A stretch of DNA of 64,000 nucleotides from an uncultured delta proteobacterium. Its GTDB lineage: Bacteria > Bdellovibrionota > FAC87 > UBA2466. The notes beneath the pieces were generated by a model. That model was given only the letters and a program-made list of their open reading frames with translations. It was not told where the DNA came from and made no database searches. Where the stretch lies: positions 128,001 to 192,000 of the forward strand of contig CAVZSV010000004.1 of assembly GCA_963778115.1 (NCBI GenBank), written 5' to 3'. Made by a program: the position numbers and the translations under genes. Positions 48,041 through 57,655 of this stretch are shown piece after piece; the first letter of the stretch is position 1; the number at the start of each line of letters is the position of its first letter.

Positions 48041-49123
48041 GTGGCCCTTATTGACGAAGTAGTCATTCGCGTCTTTGCCGGTGCCGGCGGGAACGGTTGC
48101 GTAAGCTTCCGCAGGGAGAAGTATGTTCCTCGCGGCGGACCCGATGGCGGGAATGGCGGATGGGGCGGATCTATCTTCCTGAAAGCCACGCGGGATAAGA
48201 CAAGCCTTCTCGATTTTAAATACCGACCCAAATTCGAAGCCGATAGAGGCGAGCACGGAATGGGCAGCGACATGGACGGGCGCGGCGGTGAAGATCTCTA
48301 TATTTCAGTCCCCATGGGAACCATGGTCTTCAATGATGAAACCGGTGAACTCATCGAAGATCTTATTCATGATGACCAGCTGCTTTTGGTGGCCGAAGGA
48401 GGCCGAGGAGGCCGAGGCAATCGAACCTTCAAAAGTTCCACTAACCGTGCTCCCCGGGTTGCGACTCCGGGAAAATTAGGGGAGACCTTAACGCTGCGAT
48501 TGGAACTTCGGGTACTGGCTGATATCGGCCTCATTGGACTTCCCAACGCTGGTAAATCGTCCTTTCTAAGAGTGATTTCACGAGCGACCCCCCGAGTCGC
48601 GGACTATCCTTTTACTACCTTGGAGCCCCATCTGGGTGTCGTCGAAAATAAGGGGGCTAGCTTCGTTGTAGCCGATCTTCCGGGGCTTATCGAAGGAGCT
48701 GCTGAAGGGGCGGGTTTAGGACACAAATTTCTAAGACATGTCAGCCGTAATCGGATTCTCTTGCATCTAGTCGATATCAGCGCTCCTCCCGACGACATTT
48801 TGAAGAATGTGAAGGTCATTCGCGAGGAGCTTCGCCAATACGATCCTCAGTTACTCGAAAGACCGGAGCTTCTTGTCTTCACCAAGTGCGACTTGCTCGA
48901 TTCAAAGGCACTAGCCGAAACGCTGAAAACGCTATCTGGACTTGGCTTAGAAGGATTTGCGATCAGTAGCCAGACCGGATTGGGCATGGAAACCCTGCTT
49001 GACGAACTTTCACAACGCACCGCGGAATATAAAAAGCTAGAAAGGGAAGCCCAGGAATTAGAACAGGCCGAACAGACCGAATCGCCGCAATCCCCCTCTG
49101 CCGGTTTAGAAGCTTCTATATAA
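48041..49123 (+). CDS. obgE: GTPase ObgE/CgtA
   Basis: FRREKYVPRGGPDGG, GLPNAGKS, DYPFTT, DLPG, TKCD; follows rplU-rpmA. Confidence 0.98.
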   Translation: MALIDEVVIRVFAGAGGNGCVSFRREKYVPRGGPDGGNGGWGGSIFLKATRDKTSLLDFKYRPKFEADRGEHGMGSDMDGRGGEDLYISVPMGTMVFNDETGELIEDLIHDDQLLLVAEGGRGGRGNRTFKSSTNRAPRVATPGKLGETLTLRLELRVLADIGLIGLPNAGKSSFLRVISRATPRVADYPFTTLEPHLGVVENKGASFVVADLPGLIEGAAEGAGLGHKFLRHVSRNRILLHLVDISAPPDDILKNVKVIREELRQYDPQLLERPELLVFTKCDLLDSKALAETLKTLSGLGLEGFAISSQTGLGMETLLDELSQRTAEYKKLEREAQELEQAEQTESPQSPSAGLEASI

Positions 49124-49320
49124 CGCCCGGCAAAGTGGCCGAATGCAAAGCGCTTAACCTACCGCTTCCCAATCTCGCCACTTTAACTAAATTTTGTCGC
49201 CTTTTCCGCACAAAGTTCACTACCTACTCCCCCGGTTTATTAAAGAATTCCGCCCGGATGCCGTTATATCAGAAGTATCTTTGGTTCCTTGTTGGTAGTC
49301 CGATTTTCCAAGGAGTTCGA

Positions 49321-49509
49321 ATGAGTGACGAGCGTAAGACCCAGTCAGTTTTGGCGAAGAACGACATCAAGGATCTGCTCGATGAAGTTTTGAATTTTGG
49401 TCCGGAGAATGCGCCAGCCCGCACCGACATTTCTGAAAGACTGCGTGAACTAGTTAGAAGACTCGAAGATATCAATCGCCGAATCGATCATCTTTCCACA
49501 CGTTTGTAG
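49321..49509 (+). CDS. Small coiled-coil hypothetical protein
   Basis: AAGGAG RBS before ATG 49321; 62 aa; followed by a terminator. Confidence 0.65.
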   Translation: MSDERKTQSVLAKNDIKDLLDEVLNFGPENAPARTDISERLRELVRRLEDINRRIDHLSTRL

Positions 49510-49522
49510 GTCCAACATTACT

Positions 49523-49568
49523 AAGAGCCTGGTAAGTCGATCTCTAGATCCCCTTACCAGGCTCTTTT
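49523..49568 (+). terminator. Intrinsic terminator-like hairpin
   Basis: 14-bp perfect inverted repeat AAGAGCCTGGTAAG / CTTACCAGGCTCTT ending in a short T run. Confidence 0.7.
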
Positions 49569-49609
49569 GGGCTCCCTACCCGCCTTCTTCTGTGGTAGTC
49601 CTAGCCCGC

Positions 49610-50320
49610 ATGCCTCAAGAACCAAAAGCGATAGCACTTCTCTCAGGAGGACTCGACTCTTCCGTAGCCATGGCCATGGCCTTAGCCAATGGTTGGAATA
49701 TCGTGACCGCCCTTACCTTTGACTATGGTCAAAGAGCTGCCGATCGAGAAATCGAGCATGCCGATAGCATCGCTCGCCATTTCGGAATCCTGCATAGAGT
49801 GCTTCGACTGGATTGGTTTAGAGAACTAGGAAAAGGGGGAGGACTTCTTGAGCCGGAATCTACCCTTCCCCAGCCCCAGTTTTCCGATTTGGAATCCCAC
49901 ACATTTACTTCTCATAGCGCCAAAGCGGTTTGGGTTCCTAATCGCAATGGTGTCTTTATCGAAATTGCGGCCCAATTAGCCGAAGATGCCGACGCTTCTG
50001 AAGTCATTGTCGGATTCAATAAAGAAGAGGCTCAAACGTTTCCGGACAATTCTGAAACCTATTTGAATGCTATTTCAGCGGCACTTTCGTTTTCCACCGA
50101 TGGAAAGGTCCGCGTTATCTCGCCGACTTCTAGTCTGGATAAAGTGCAAATTGTTCGTGAAGCCAAACATCTCTCGTTTCCGTTGCACCTTCTTTGGAGT
50201 TGTTACGAATCTCGGGGAGTCATGTGCGGCCGATGTGAATCTTGCATGCGTCTAAAGCGCGCTCTCAATCGAAACGAAATGCTGGGAGAGATTGATTTTG
50301 AAGACGCTCGTCTACCGTGA
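49610..50320 (+). CDS. queC: 7-cyano-7-deazaguanine synthase QueC (archaeal-type signature)
   Basis: PP-loop LSGGLDS, FDYGQR, WVPNRN, Zn site WSCY..CGRCESC; GFNKEEAQTFPDNS. Confidence 0.92.
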   Translation: MPQEPKAIALLSGGLDSSVAMAMALANGWNIVTALTFDYGQRAADREIEHADSIARHFGILHRVLRLDWFRELGKGGGLLEPESTLPQPQFSDLESHTFTSHSAKAVWVPNRNGVFIEIAAQLAEDADASEVIVGFNKEEAQTFPDNSETYLNAISAALSFSTDGKVRVISPTSSLDKVQIVREAKHLSFPLHLLWSCYESRGVMCGRCESCMRLKRALNRNEMLGEIDFEDARLP

Positions 50321-50852
50321 TCGTGAAATCAAATACGACGGAAGCCAACTAGCACCGCACTGGATCTACCGCAATTTTGACCTCATGGGAGATTCATTAG
50401 TAGCTTTTGTCGGTCCCGCCGATGTCGCCTTAGATCACATGGTCGACCTTGAGGACGTAAAAAAGAAAGCCCCTATCTCTAGTCCCAAGATGCTCCATTT
50501 CATCGCAGAGTGGTTTCACGACTCTTTGGAAGCGGCCATATTAACCCAACATCTATTTGTTTTTGAGATTTATGAAGCTCTCTGGGACTTGGGAGTTCAA
50601 GGGATCCGTCGTCGCGGAAACGACCTATACGTGGATGACCGTAAATTAAATGTTTCTATTGCCACTAAGACCTTAACCAGTGTCCTCATGCATACCGCCG
50701 TAAATATTCTGACGGAGGGGACCCCGGTACCGACTTCGGGACTTTCTCAACTCGAAATCGAACCTTTCACTTTTGCGGAAGTTGTTCTTAAGCGCTTTGA
50801 AAAAGATTCTGCCCTTTGGAATGCAGCTCGGACTAAGGTCTTGCCCCGATAA
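50298..50852 (+). CDS. DUF366 family protein (biotin/lipoate ligase-like fold)
   Basis: YDGSQL..HW.Y..F...GDS.VAF.G, MVDLED, MLHFI.E, GNDLY..RKL.VSIAT; overlaps the queC 3' end; TTG start with GGGAGAG RBS. Confidence 0.8.
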   Translation: MKTLVYRDREIKYDGSQLAPHWIYRNFDLMGDSLVAFVGPADVALDHMVDLEDVKKKAPISSPKMLHFIAEWFHDSLEAAILTQHLFVFEIYEALWDLGVQGIRRRGNDLYVDDRKLNVSIATKTLTSVLMHTAVNILTEGTPVPTSGLSQLEIEPFTFAEVVLKRFEKDSALWNAARTKVLPR

Positions 50853-50861
50853 AGTGAGCAA

Positions 50862-51392
50862 TCACTTTGGAACCTTCTCCTGGTAAAGGACCATGCTACG
50901 GCGAATGGTTTCGAAGGCCTCACTTGGCCCCAAGAAATCGTTCACCTTCACCTGTTTATTCTCTAAAACTTTGTAGTCCTCAAAAAAACGCTTCACCACT
51001 TTTAGACGGTGGGGGGGTAGCTCTGAAATAGAAATATAATGAGAGTATTCGGGGTCATCCAAGTGGACAGCGATGATCTTATCATCCAGCTCTCCTTGAT
51101 CCACCATCCTCATGACGCCTATGGGTCTTGTGCGCATTAAACAGAGCGGAACGGTGGACTCTTGGCCCAGAACCAAAATATCAAGAGGATCATGATCCTC
51201 GCTCAGCGTTCGCGGAATAAATCCGTAATTGGCAGGATAATGAACCGAGCTAAACAGAACTCTATCTACCTTGATAAATCCGCTGGGCTTATCGAGTTCG
51301 TATTTGATCTTGGAACCCATGGGAACTTCGATTACCGCGGTCACGACATGCGGAGCATCCTCACCTATCTCTACATCATGCCAAGGGTGCAT
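50862..51392 (-). CDS. ppa: Inorganic pyrophosphatase (family I)
   Basis: [36 protein letters not shown]. Confidence 0.97.
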   Translation of the reverse strand: MHPWHDVEIGEDAPHVVTAVIEVPMGSKIKYELDKPSGFIKVDRVLFSSVHYPANYGFIPRTLSEDHDPLDILVLGQESTVPLCLMRTRPIGVMRMVDQGELDDKIIAVHLDDPEYSHYISISELPPHRLKVVKRFFEDYKVLENKQVKVNDFLGPSEAFETIRRSMVLYQEKVPK

Positions 51393-51401
51393 GGATCTGC
51401 G

Positions 51402-51617
51402 CTACCCTACTTTTTGGGCTAGATATCCCAACTTATCGATAAGATTACGGACTAACTTCTCTTCTCGTTTGAGGCCATCTTTAAAAGCCGTAGTTTCGGC
51501 GTGATAAATAGATTCTCGAATGGTTCCCAAGCGATCGGCTAAAGCACTGAGCAAGTAATCCTTCTCTTCCATGGTAAATTGCAGCGTTAATGGCGAACTT
51601 AAATTAGGGTTACGCAT
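51402..51617 (-). CDS. Small hypothetical helical protein
   Basis: AAGGAG RBS before ATG 51617; 71 aa. Confidence 0.6.
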   Translation of the reverse strand: MRNPNLSSPLTLQFTMEEKDYLLSALADRLGTIRESIYHAETTAFKDGLKREEKLVRNLIDKLGYLAQKVG

Positions 51618-51697
51618 AAGGACTCCTTCCGACAAGCTTCTCACTAGAAGCCCATTTACCTTTAGCCATGGCGACAAAGCAATCGATAGTATGGGAA

Positions 51698-52804
51698 TTA
51701 TTCTCTTCCGGACGAGGCGCAAAGAGCGGCGTGATAAGAAGCAGGAAGGGTGCGGTGCAAAGCGGTTAGAAACCTCAACCGACGCATAGAGGCTTGAAGG
51801 GACTCTCTAGCATTGTGCCCGGATGAGAGGACGGCAATATTGCGAGAAAGAGAATCGGCGAAGATGTCGGTTTCGAGAGAAGCTATTTTTTCGTATCCGT
51901 GCGCTAGGGCGCGGAAAATCTGATGCTGATTTCTTATCAAATCTCCTTGCGAATTTATCTGCGGCTCAAGCTTAAGAACAAATTCGGCGTTTGAAGCCAA
52001 CCGAAGGCAAAGGACTCGAAAACGTTCAGAGCTTGCGACTTTGATGTCTGATTTTCCTAAGGATAACTCTATCGCCCGCCCGATCTTACCTACCGTCGAA
52101 GTGTATAGGCCAATCGAAGGAAGCTTAGGGGCTCGGACATGAAAGCCCAAACTCCCTTCATCCGAAGCTTCCCCCGAAGTCGCCCAAACCTGGCAGGAAA
52201 TTGCGGAACTTTTCGGATACCCCTTAGGGTGGCCAATTTTTCTAAGAACCGATTCGGTGAGCGCTAACAAATGGGGCCCTTCATAGCCCAATGGACCCAA
52301 TGCAAAATCACGAAACCGTCCCTTCACATTGTCCCATACTCGATTCTTCGTAAATTCCGCATAGATCTCTCTCACCTCTAAAGCAGTCTGAGTGTGCGCG
52401 CAAACCACTTCGAGGAATTGATCCACCACGGATGTTTCAAAATACTGTGAATTTTCCACTACACGAGATAAGGGATATTTCTTTAGCGTGGTTTCCAGCT
52501 GTTCCAGTTGTCCTTCTTCCACCACTGGCTTTTCCACAATGATCCGTGCTTCGGGATGGTGGGAGAGAATACATTCGATACCAGCTAAATGATCTTCCGT
52601 GGGGCTGCAGATGATAAACAGTTCTATCTGTGAGAGACTTACCTCTTCTCGAAGGGACTCCACATTTTCGAAGATTTCCTTACTAGAAGATTCTACATAG
52701 GGGTCGACGAGCAGAGTTCTTTTGGCGAGCCCTTTAAGAAGAGGCTCATACCATTGGGCAATTCGTCCGTATCCGACTAAACACACTACATTGAGCACGC
52801 GCAA
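51698..52804 (-). CDS. Gfo/Idh/MocA family oxidoreductase
   Basis: Rossmann VGYGRIA, ICSPTEDH, VEKP; AGGAG RBS with TTG start. Confidence 0.8.
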   Translation of the reverse strand: MRVLNVVCLVGYGRIAQWYEPLLKGLAKRTLLVDPYVESSSKEIFENVESLREEVSLSQIELFIICSPTEDHLAGIECILSHHPEARIIVEKPVVEEGQLEQLETTLKKYPLSRVVENSQYFETSVVDQFLEVVCAHTQTALEVREIYAEFTKNRVWDNVKGRFRDFALGPLGYEGPHLLALTESVLRKIGHPKGYPKSSAISCQVWATSGEASDEGSLGFHVRAPKLPSIGLYTSTVGKIGRAIELSLGKSDIKVASSERFRVLCLRLASNAEFVLKLEPQINSQGDLIRNQHQIFRALAHGYEKIASLETDIFADSLSRNIAVLSSGHNARESLQASMRRLRFLTALHRTLPASYHAALCASSGRE

Positions 52805-52833
52805 CGTCTCCTACCTTCGCTAGTCGGGTTCAG

Positions 52834-52849
52834 TGCAAGTTTGTAGCCA
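52834..52849 (-). promoter_or_regulatory. Putative sigma54 promoter
   Basis: Minus strand reads TGGCTACAAACTTGCA (GG-N10-GC), 30 nt upstream of start 52804. Confidence 0.55.
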
Positions 52850-52949
52850 CGCGATGGGTGGAGGAGGCTTTGGAGATGGTTGGCTGAAGAGTGGACAAAG
52901 GTGACGAATTTCGTCGCTTGGCTTAAGGCGATGATAGAATAACCTCTCA

Positions 52950-54503
52950 ATGAAAGACCAAGGCGTTCACTTTGATTTCATCCTTATTGGATCCGGTGCC
53001 GGCGGGGGAACTCTTTTTCAAGCACTCGCTCAAGCCGGAAAAAAGGTCCTGCTACTGGAGCGCGGGACTTTTATTCCTCAAGAAGAGCAGAATTGGGATC
53101 CCAAAGAGGTCATCTCCAAACGGCGTTACGGATCGCCCGAGATTTGGAAGGATGAAAATGGCATCTCCTATGAGTGCCCCAGCTTTTATTGCATTGGAGG
53201 AAATACCAAGTTTTACGGTGCTACTTTGATGCGTTTTCGGAAAGAGGATTTTGAGGAGCTGCGCCACTTCGAGGGTGTCTCCCCGGCATGGCCGCTCTCG
53301 TACGAAGCTTTTGAGCCTTATTACCAGAAAGCGGAAACGTTATATCGTGTCCGTGGGGTTCATAAGATCGATCCCACCGAACCCGCTTCCTCAGGAGCGT
53401 ATCCGTTTCCTCCTATCCCTCATGATCCGACCATTCAAGGGGTCGAAGAGCGATTAAAATCACAAGGGCTTCATCCCTTCCCTCTCCCTTTGGCTATCGA
53501 ATATTCGGATCCGCCCTTAACAGCGAACCACTGCGTCCGCTGTAATACCTGCGGCGGATATCCGTGTAAGATCCACGCGAAAAATGACGCTGAAACCATC
53601 TGCGTTACGCCTTGGGCGAAACTGCCGAACGTAACGATAAAAACAGGAGTCCGAGTGGTTCGCTTAGAGACCGATTCCAAAGGTCAACGAGTCACTAAAG
53701 TCCACGGCTTACTTAACGAAAAAACCCCTGAGAGCTATTTTGCCGAGACCGTGGTAGTGAGCGCGGGCGCCATCAATTCGGCAGGGCTTCTGCTTGCATC
53801 AGCAAATCAAAGACATCCTAAGGGGTTAGGAAACTCTTCGGGTCTTGTGGGAAAGAATTACATGCGACATTTGAAATCCTCGGTGGTGGGGATCACCGAA
53901 AGCGAGAACACGACCCGTTTTCAAAAGACATTGGGATTTAACGATTTCTATTTTAACTCCCCGCAATGGAAGTGGCCTCTAGGCCACGTTCAAATGTTGG
54001 GGCGTACAACCATCGCTGCGCTGGAAGCGGCCCGCGTAAAAACGCCCGCCGGATTGACTCACGACAAGCTTGCTAAACACGCGCTCGAATTTGTAGTTTT
54101 CTCAGAAGATCTCCCGCAAGAAACCAATCGGGTCTCCCTTGCTCCGGACGGTACACTCGTCGTTCGCTACCACCCCAATAATTTAGAAGGCCACCGCCGC
54201 CTTGTTGAAAAAGTGAAAGCCCTTCTGCCTGCTCTTGGCTGCGTGCATGTCCTTAGCGATCATGGTTTGTACGTCGGCAAAATGGTAGGGCCCGACAACG
54301 CTAATCACCAATGCGGTACCCTTCGTTTCGGAAAGGATCCGAAAACCTCCGTGCTTAACCCCGATTGCCGTTTGCATGACGTGGATAATGTTTTTGTCGT
54401 AGACTCAAGCTTCATGCCTTCCAGCTCGGCCACTAATCCCGCCCTTACCGTTATCGCTAATGCCCTTCGAGTAGCGCAGAAGCTGATTGGGCCTTGGCTT
54501 TAG
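52950..54503 (+). CDS. GMC family FAD oxidoreductase with Cys cluster
   Basis: IGSGAGGG, GGNTKFYG, CVRCNTCGGYPC, HQCGT, NPALT. Confidence 0.93.
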   Translation: MKDQGVHFDFILIGSGAGGGTLFQALAQAGKKVLLLERGTFIPQEEQNWDPKEVISKRRYGSPEIWKDENGISYECPSFYCIGGNTKFYGATLMRFRKEDFEELRHFEGVSPAWPLSYEAFEPYYQKAETLYRVRGVHKIDPTEPASSGAYPFPPIPHDPTIQGVEERLKSQGLHPFPLPLAIEYSDPPLTANHCVRCNTCGGYPCKIHAKNDAETICVTPWAKLPNVTIKTGVRVVRLETDSKGQRVTKVHGLLNEKTPESYFAETVVVSAGAINSAGLLLASANQRHPKGLGNSSGLVGKNYMRHLKSSVVGITESENTTRFQKTLGFNDFYFNSPQWKWPLGHVQMLGRTTIAALEAARVKTPAGLTHDKLAKHALEFVVFSEDLPQETNRVSLAPDGTLVVRYHPNNLEGHRRLVEKVKALLPALGCVHVLSDHGLYVGKMVGPDNANHQCGTLRFGKDPKTSVLNPDCRLHDVDNVFVVDSSFMPSSSATNPALTVIANALRVAQKLIGPWL

Positions 54504-54530
54504 ATGGGCCTCATGCCAGCATGACCCGTC

Positions 54531-55865
54531 ATGAAAGGCTTCAAGGCAAAGTTACCTTTTTTTCTGCTCGGGGCGATATTTTTAGTGCATGCGGCTTTTA
54601 TCGTTCACTATTCCGTCGACATCCCCCTAGGCGATGAGTGGGAGGCACTTAATTCAGACCAACTTCCCTCTGGCCTAACGCTCTCGTGGCTCTTTAAGGC
54701 TCATAACGAAGACCGCATAGTGCCGACCAAATTTCTCATGTGGGCCCTTCTAAAGATTGATAACTGGAACCTAAGTGTGAACCAGTACATAAGTTTTGCT
54801 TTTTTTGGCGTTTTAATCCTAAGTTTTTTCCTTTTAAAAAAAAGGCTCGCCCCCCAAAGTTCCGCGTCGATCTTAGCCTGGTTTCTTATTTTTCTGGTAT
54901 CGGCGATCTCTAACGAAAATCATGCGTGGGGAGTGCAATCGTGCATTCACTTCTTGCTGCTTTTCTTTTTACTAGCAGTCTACTTCCTGTTTGATAATCA
55001 GCAAAAGACGGGATCTTTGGTCTTGGGCTCCCTTTTCGCTTTGGGCAGTATCTTTTCCTTTTCGAATGGAACCGCACTCTGCGCCGTTCTGGTGGTGGTC
55101 TACGCCTTTTACAAATGGGATCGTATTAGAGCCGGTACCAACAAAGACAAAACCCGAGAATTACTTCAGTCCCTACTTGTCATTGGCATTGTTGGTTCTG
55201 GTGTCGCGGCTTGGGTTGTTCATTACCAACGGGTGCAGGGCCATCCCCTTCCGATACTTCCCTACGATTATCGCTTTTGGGACATGTTTCTTAACCTGAT
55301 TAGTTTTGGTTTCGGATATCACGGACAATCGGCCCTTATCGGGCTTATCTGTTTATTGGCCGTCTTAACTCCCCTCTTAATGATCTGGCGTTACCGCAGT
55401 TCCCACAAAGAATCCGTCTATGGACTTGCGGCGGCCATCTTAGGAGTTCTGGCTGCAGTCGCTGTTATTGCTTTTGGCAGAGCGGGCTTCGGGGTGGCTT
55501 CGTCTAAAACAAGCCGCTATTCAGAGACCGCCTTCATTCTCATCCCCCTTATGGTTTTCGCCTGGAGTATCGCCCTTAGCACCCGCTTTCACTTCGAGAA
55601 GCGAAAGACAAATGCGATCTGGGTTGTACTTTGGCTTCTGTGCTTGGGAGGCTATTCCAATACCAACAACTGGAACTTCAAGTACTACCACCATTACCAG
55701 ATCATCAAACAAGAGGGGTTAGACTGCGTCGAGAGATACCTTCGAAACGGCGGAGAAGCTCGCTGTACCTGTATCTATTTTGCGGATCTGACACAAAAGC
55801 TGCAAAACGCCCAGGCTCTAAATTTGTCTTTTCTTAAGAAGTGCCAAGCAAAGCCTCGTCATTGA
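54531..55865 (+). CDS. Polytopic membrane protein, possibly GT-C fold glycosyltransferase
   Basis: About 11 TM helices; N-terminal loop DIPLGDEW..HNEDR; SRY near the C-terminus. Confidence 0.6.
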   Translation: MKGFKAKLPFFLLGAIFLVHAAFIVHYSVDIPLGDEWEALNSDQLPSGLTLSWLFKAHNEDRIVPTKFLMWALLKIDNWNLSVNQYISFAFFGVLILSFFLLKKRLAPQSSASILAWFLIFLVSAISNENHAWGVQSCIHFLLLFFLLAVYFLFDNQQKTGSLVLGSLFALGSIFSFSNGTALCAVLVVVYAFYKWDRIRAGTNKDKTRELLQSLLVIGIVGSGVAAWVVHYQRVQGHPLPILPYDYRFWDMFLNLISFGFGYHGQSALIGLICLLAVLTPLLMIWRYRSSHKESVYGLAAAILGVLAAVAVIAFGRAGFGVASSKTSRYSETAFILIPLMVFAWSIALSTRFHFEKRKTNAIWVVLWLLCLGGYSNTNNWNFKYYHHYQIIKQEGLDCVERYLRNGGEARCTCIYFADLTQKLQNAQALNLSFLKKCQAKPRH

Positions 55866-55969
55866 CCTCTCTTGACAAGGTCGAGCGGTTTATCGCATAT
55901 AGCAACGCATCATTCGTACTTTGGCCGTACTTTGGCAATACTTTAGCCCCAGTGTGCAGAAGGAATTCT

Positions 55970-57280
55970 ATGCGTTCCCCGTTGAGTGTCAGTCTTATTT
56001 CCCTGTTGCTTGTAATCGTAGGCTCCCAATCCCCGGGAGGGGTTGAGGACTTTAGAGGGTTAAAAACCGCAAAAATACATGAACTTATGGATTATGCGGA
56101 ATGGGCAAAGCAGGGCATTCAACCTGGCTTTACCCTAGACGCAAAGAGTTGCCCTTCTCAAGTGGCGGGAGTTCGCTTGATCCCTCTGCCCTGCGCCGAC
56201 GACACGGTTTTTAATTTCCGCATTCCCATCGCCCTTCTTGCGATCGCCCCTTTCCAAGACACTCGTTTCACCATGGGCTTTGATCGCTTGGCCGAGCTAG
56301 GAGTTTACTTAAGAAAATCCGGCGACGGATCCCTCTATTGCCTGCCAAAACGAGCAGCCCTCGGTTTGCCCCAAGATAAAATTTACGAAGGCCTTATTGC
56401 CCCCAACTACCTCTCTTATCCCGCGCGAGCCTATACCTACTTGGCCACGCTTAATAGGGATGCAAGAACAAACCTCAAAGGGTTATGGAGCACGATCCAT
56501 AAACACTTTGTAGGTCCTCAAGGGGGAATCGTCTCGGGATGGAATCCTAGTAACAACATGCAGACCAACACGATTGATCAAGCTTCACTAATCTATCCTT
56601 GGGACTCCTCCGGCTTCCATCTCTTCACTGCCCTCGATAGAACGGATGACGCTGCGATGCTACGTTTTCACCGGGAATTACTTACCTCTTCGACTCTAGT
56701 GGCCACTAAGATGTTGAGAGAGGGAAAGCTTCCGGTGGAGGCATTGAACGCCACAACGTTAGAGCCGTTGACCGAGGGGACTTACGGTGAAAACCGTCCC
56801 GTGATTATTCTTGGCCATTATGCCCAACTATTGAATTTCATCATGAGAGCTCACCAGCGGGACGTAACTGTGCCAGGCGTCGATTTACTGGCTACGGTCC
56901 GTAATCAATTTAAATACTTCCTCGATCCCAAGAATCCTTTCGTAAACCAAGCGGAGGGTGGAATCTATAATGGCTTTTATCAAGACACCGCTGTCCTGGT
57001 TTGGAATGACAACATGGCATATTGGCAGCTCTGCGAGTGGGCTGCAGCGTTAAATAGAGCCTTAAGTCTAAAGCTCTTTGACGAAGATCCGGCATTTCTC
57101 CATTTGGCACAGCGGGCGTTTCTAAGAACCATGGATACCTTGGGTCTATTTTTTAGAAATAACCGTCCCATCACTGCCACTATTACCGGCCAGGGAGCCA
57201 TTAGTGACGACGACAAGCCGAACATCAATTTTATCCTCCCCTATCATACCGTCGATCTGCTTGAGCAGTTGCTGCGCTAG
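55970..57280 (+). CDS. Secreted hypothetical protein
   Basis: AAGGA RBS before ATG 55970; signal-like N-terminus; mostly helical and aromatic-rich. Confidence 0.65.
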   Translation: MRSPLSVSLISLLLVIVGSQSPGGVEDFRGLKTAKIHELMDYAEWAKQGIQPGFTLDAKSCPSQVAGVRLIPLPCADDTVFNFRIPIALLAIAPFQDTRFTMGFDRLAELGVYLRKSGDGSLYCLPKRAALGLPQDKIYEGLIAPNYLSYPARAYTYLATLNRDARTNLKGLWSTIHKHFVGPQGGIVSGWNPSNNMQTNTIDQASLIYPWDSSGFHLFTALDRTDDAAMLRFHRELLTSSTLVATKMLREGKLPVEALNATTLEPLTEGTYGENRPVIILGHYAQLLNFIMRAHQRDVTVPGVDLLATVRNQFKYFLDPKNPFVNQAEGGIYNGFYQDTAVLVWNDNMAYWQLCEWAAALNRALSLKLFDEDPAFLHLAQRAFLRTMDTLGLFFRNNRPITATITGQGAISDDDKPNINFILPYHTVDLLEQLLR

Positions 57281-57289
57281 GTAATTTGC

Positions 57290-57655
57290 TTGGTAAAGTG
57301 GATCCATAGAATCGCAGCACTCTCTGTTGCCTTTTATGTGGGATGGTTCTGGTTAGCCGACAAAGATCCCGCCGATCTATTTCTACGCCGCTTTTTCCTA
57401 CTCTTTCCGCTGGCTCTGATTTGGTTTAAGGACCCGCTAGGCGAAGCAACAGGCTTCAACGTCTTTTTCGATGCGGGATCTGGATTGGCGCGCCGCCTTT
57501 TGGTTGACTCCCCGAGCGGCCCGTTCTTTATAGCGCTGTTGGGATGGGTGCTACTACTCTCCCCTATCTGGTTTCATTTTCTGACACTCCCTCGCTATCT
57601 GGTGAAACTTCCCGTTGGCAACTCCCCCCTTTTCAAGCCATCATGGGCGCCATGA
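57290..57655 (+). CDS. Small hypothetical membrane protein
   Basis: TTG start; three hydrophobic segments; stop overlaps ATG 57652. Confidence 0.55.
   Translation: MVKWIHRIAALSVAFYVGWFWLADKDPADLFLRRFFLLFPLALIWFKDPLGEATGFNVFFDAGSGLARRLLVDSPSGPFFIALLGWVLLLSPIWFHFLTLPRYLVKLPVGNSPLFKPSWAP

Noticed and set aside
49124..49160. c-di-GMP-I riboswitch-like GGCAAA...GCAAAGC
   Set aside because: Lacks the GNRA-capped P2 stem and correct spacing
49610..50320. QueC as part of the QatABCD or Dpd anti-phage systems
   Set aside because: No qatA/B/D, TatD or dpd genes; QueC has standard length and Zn motif
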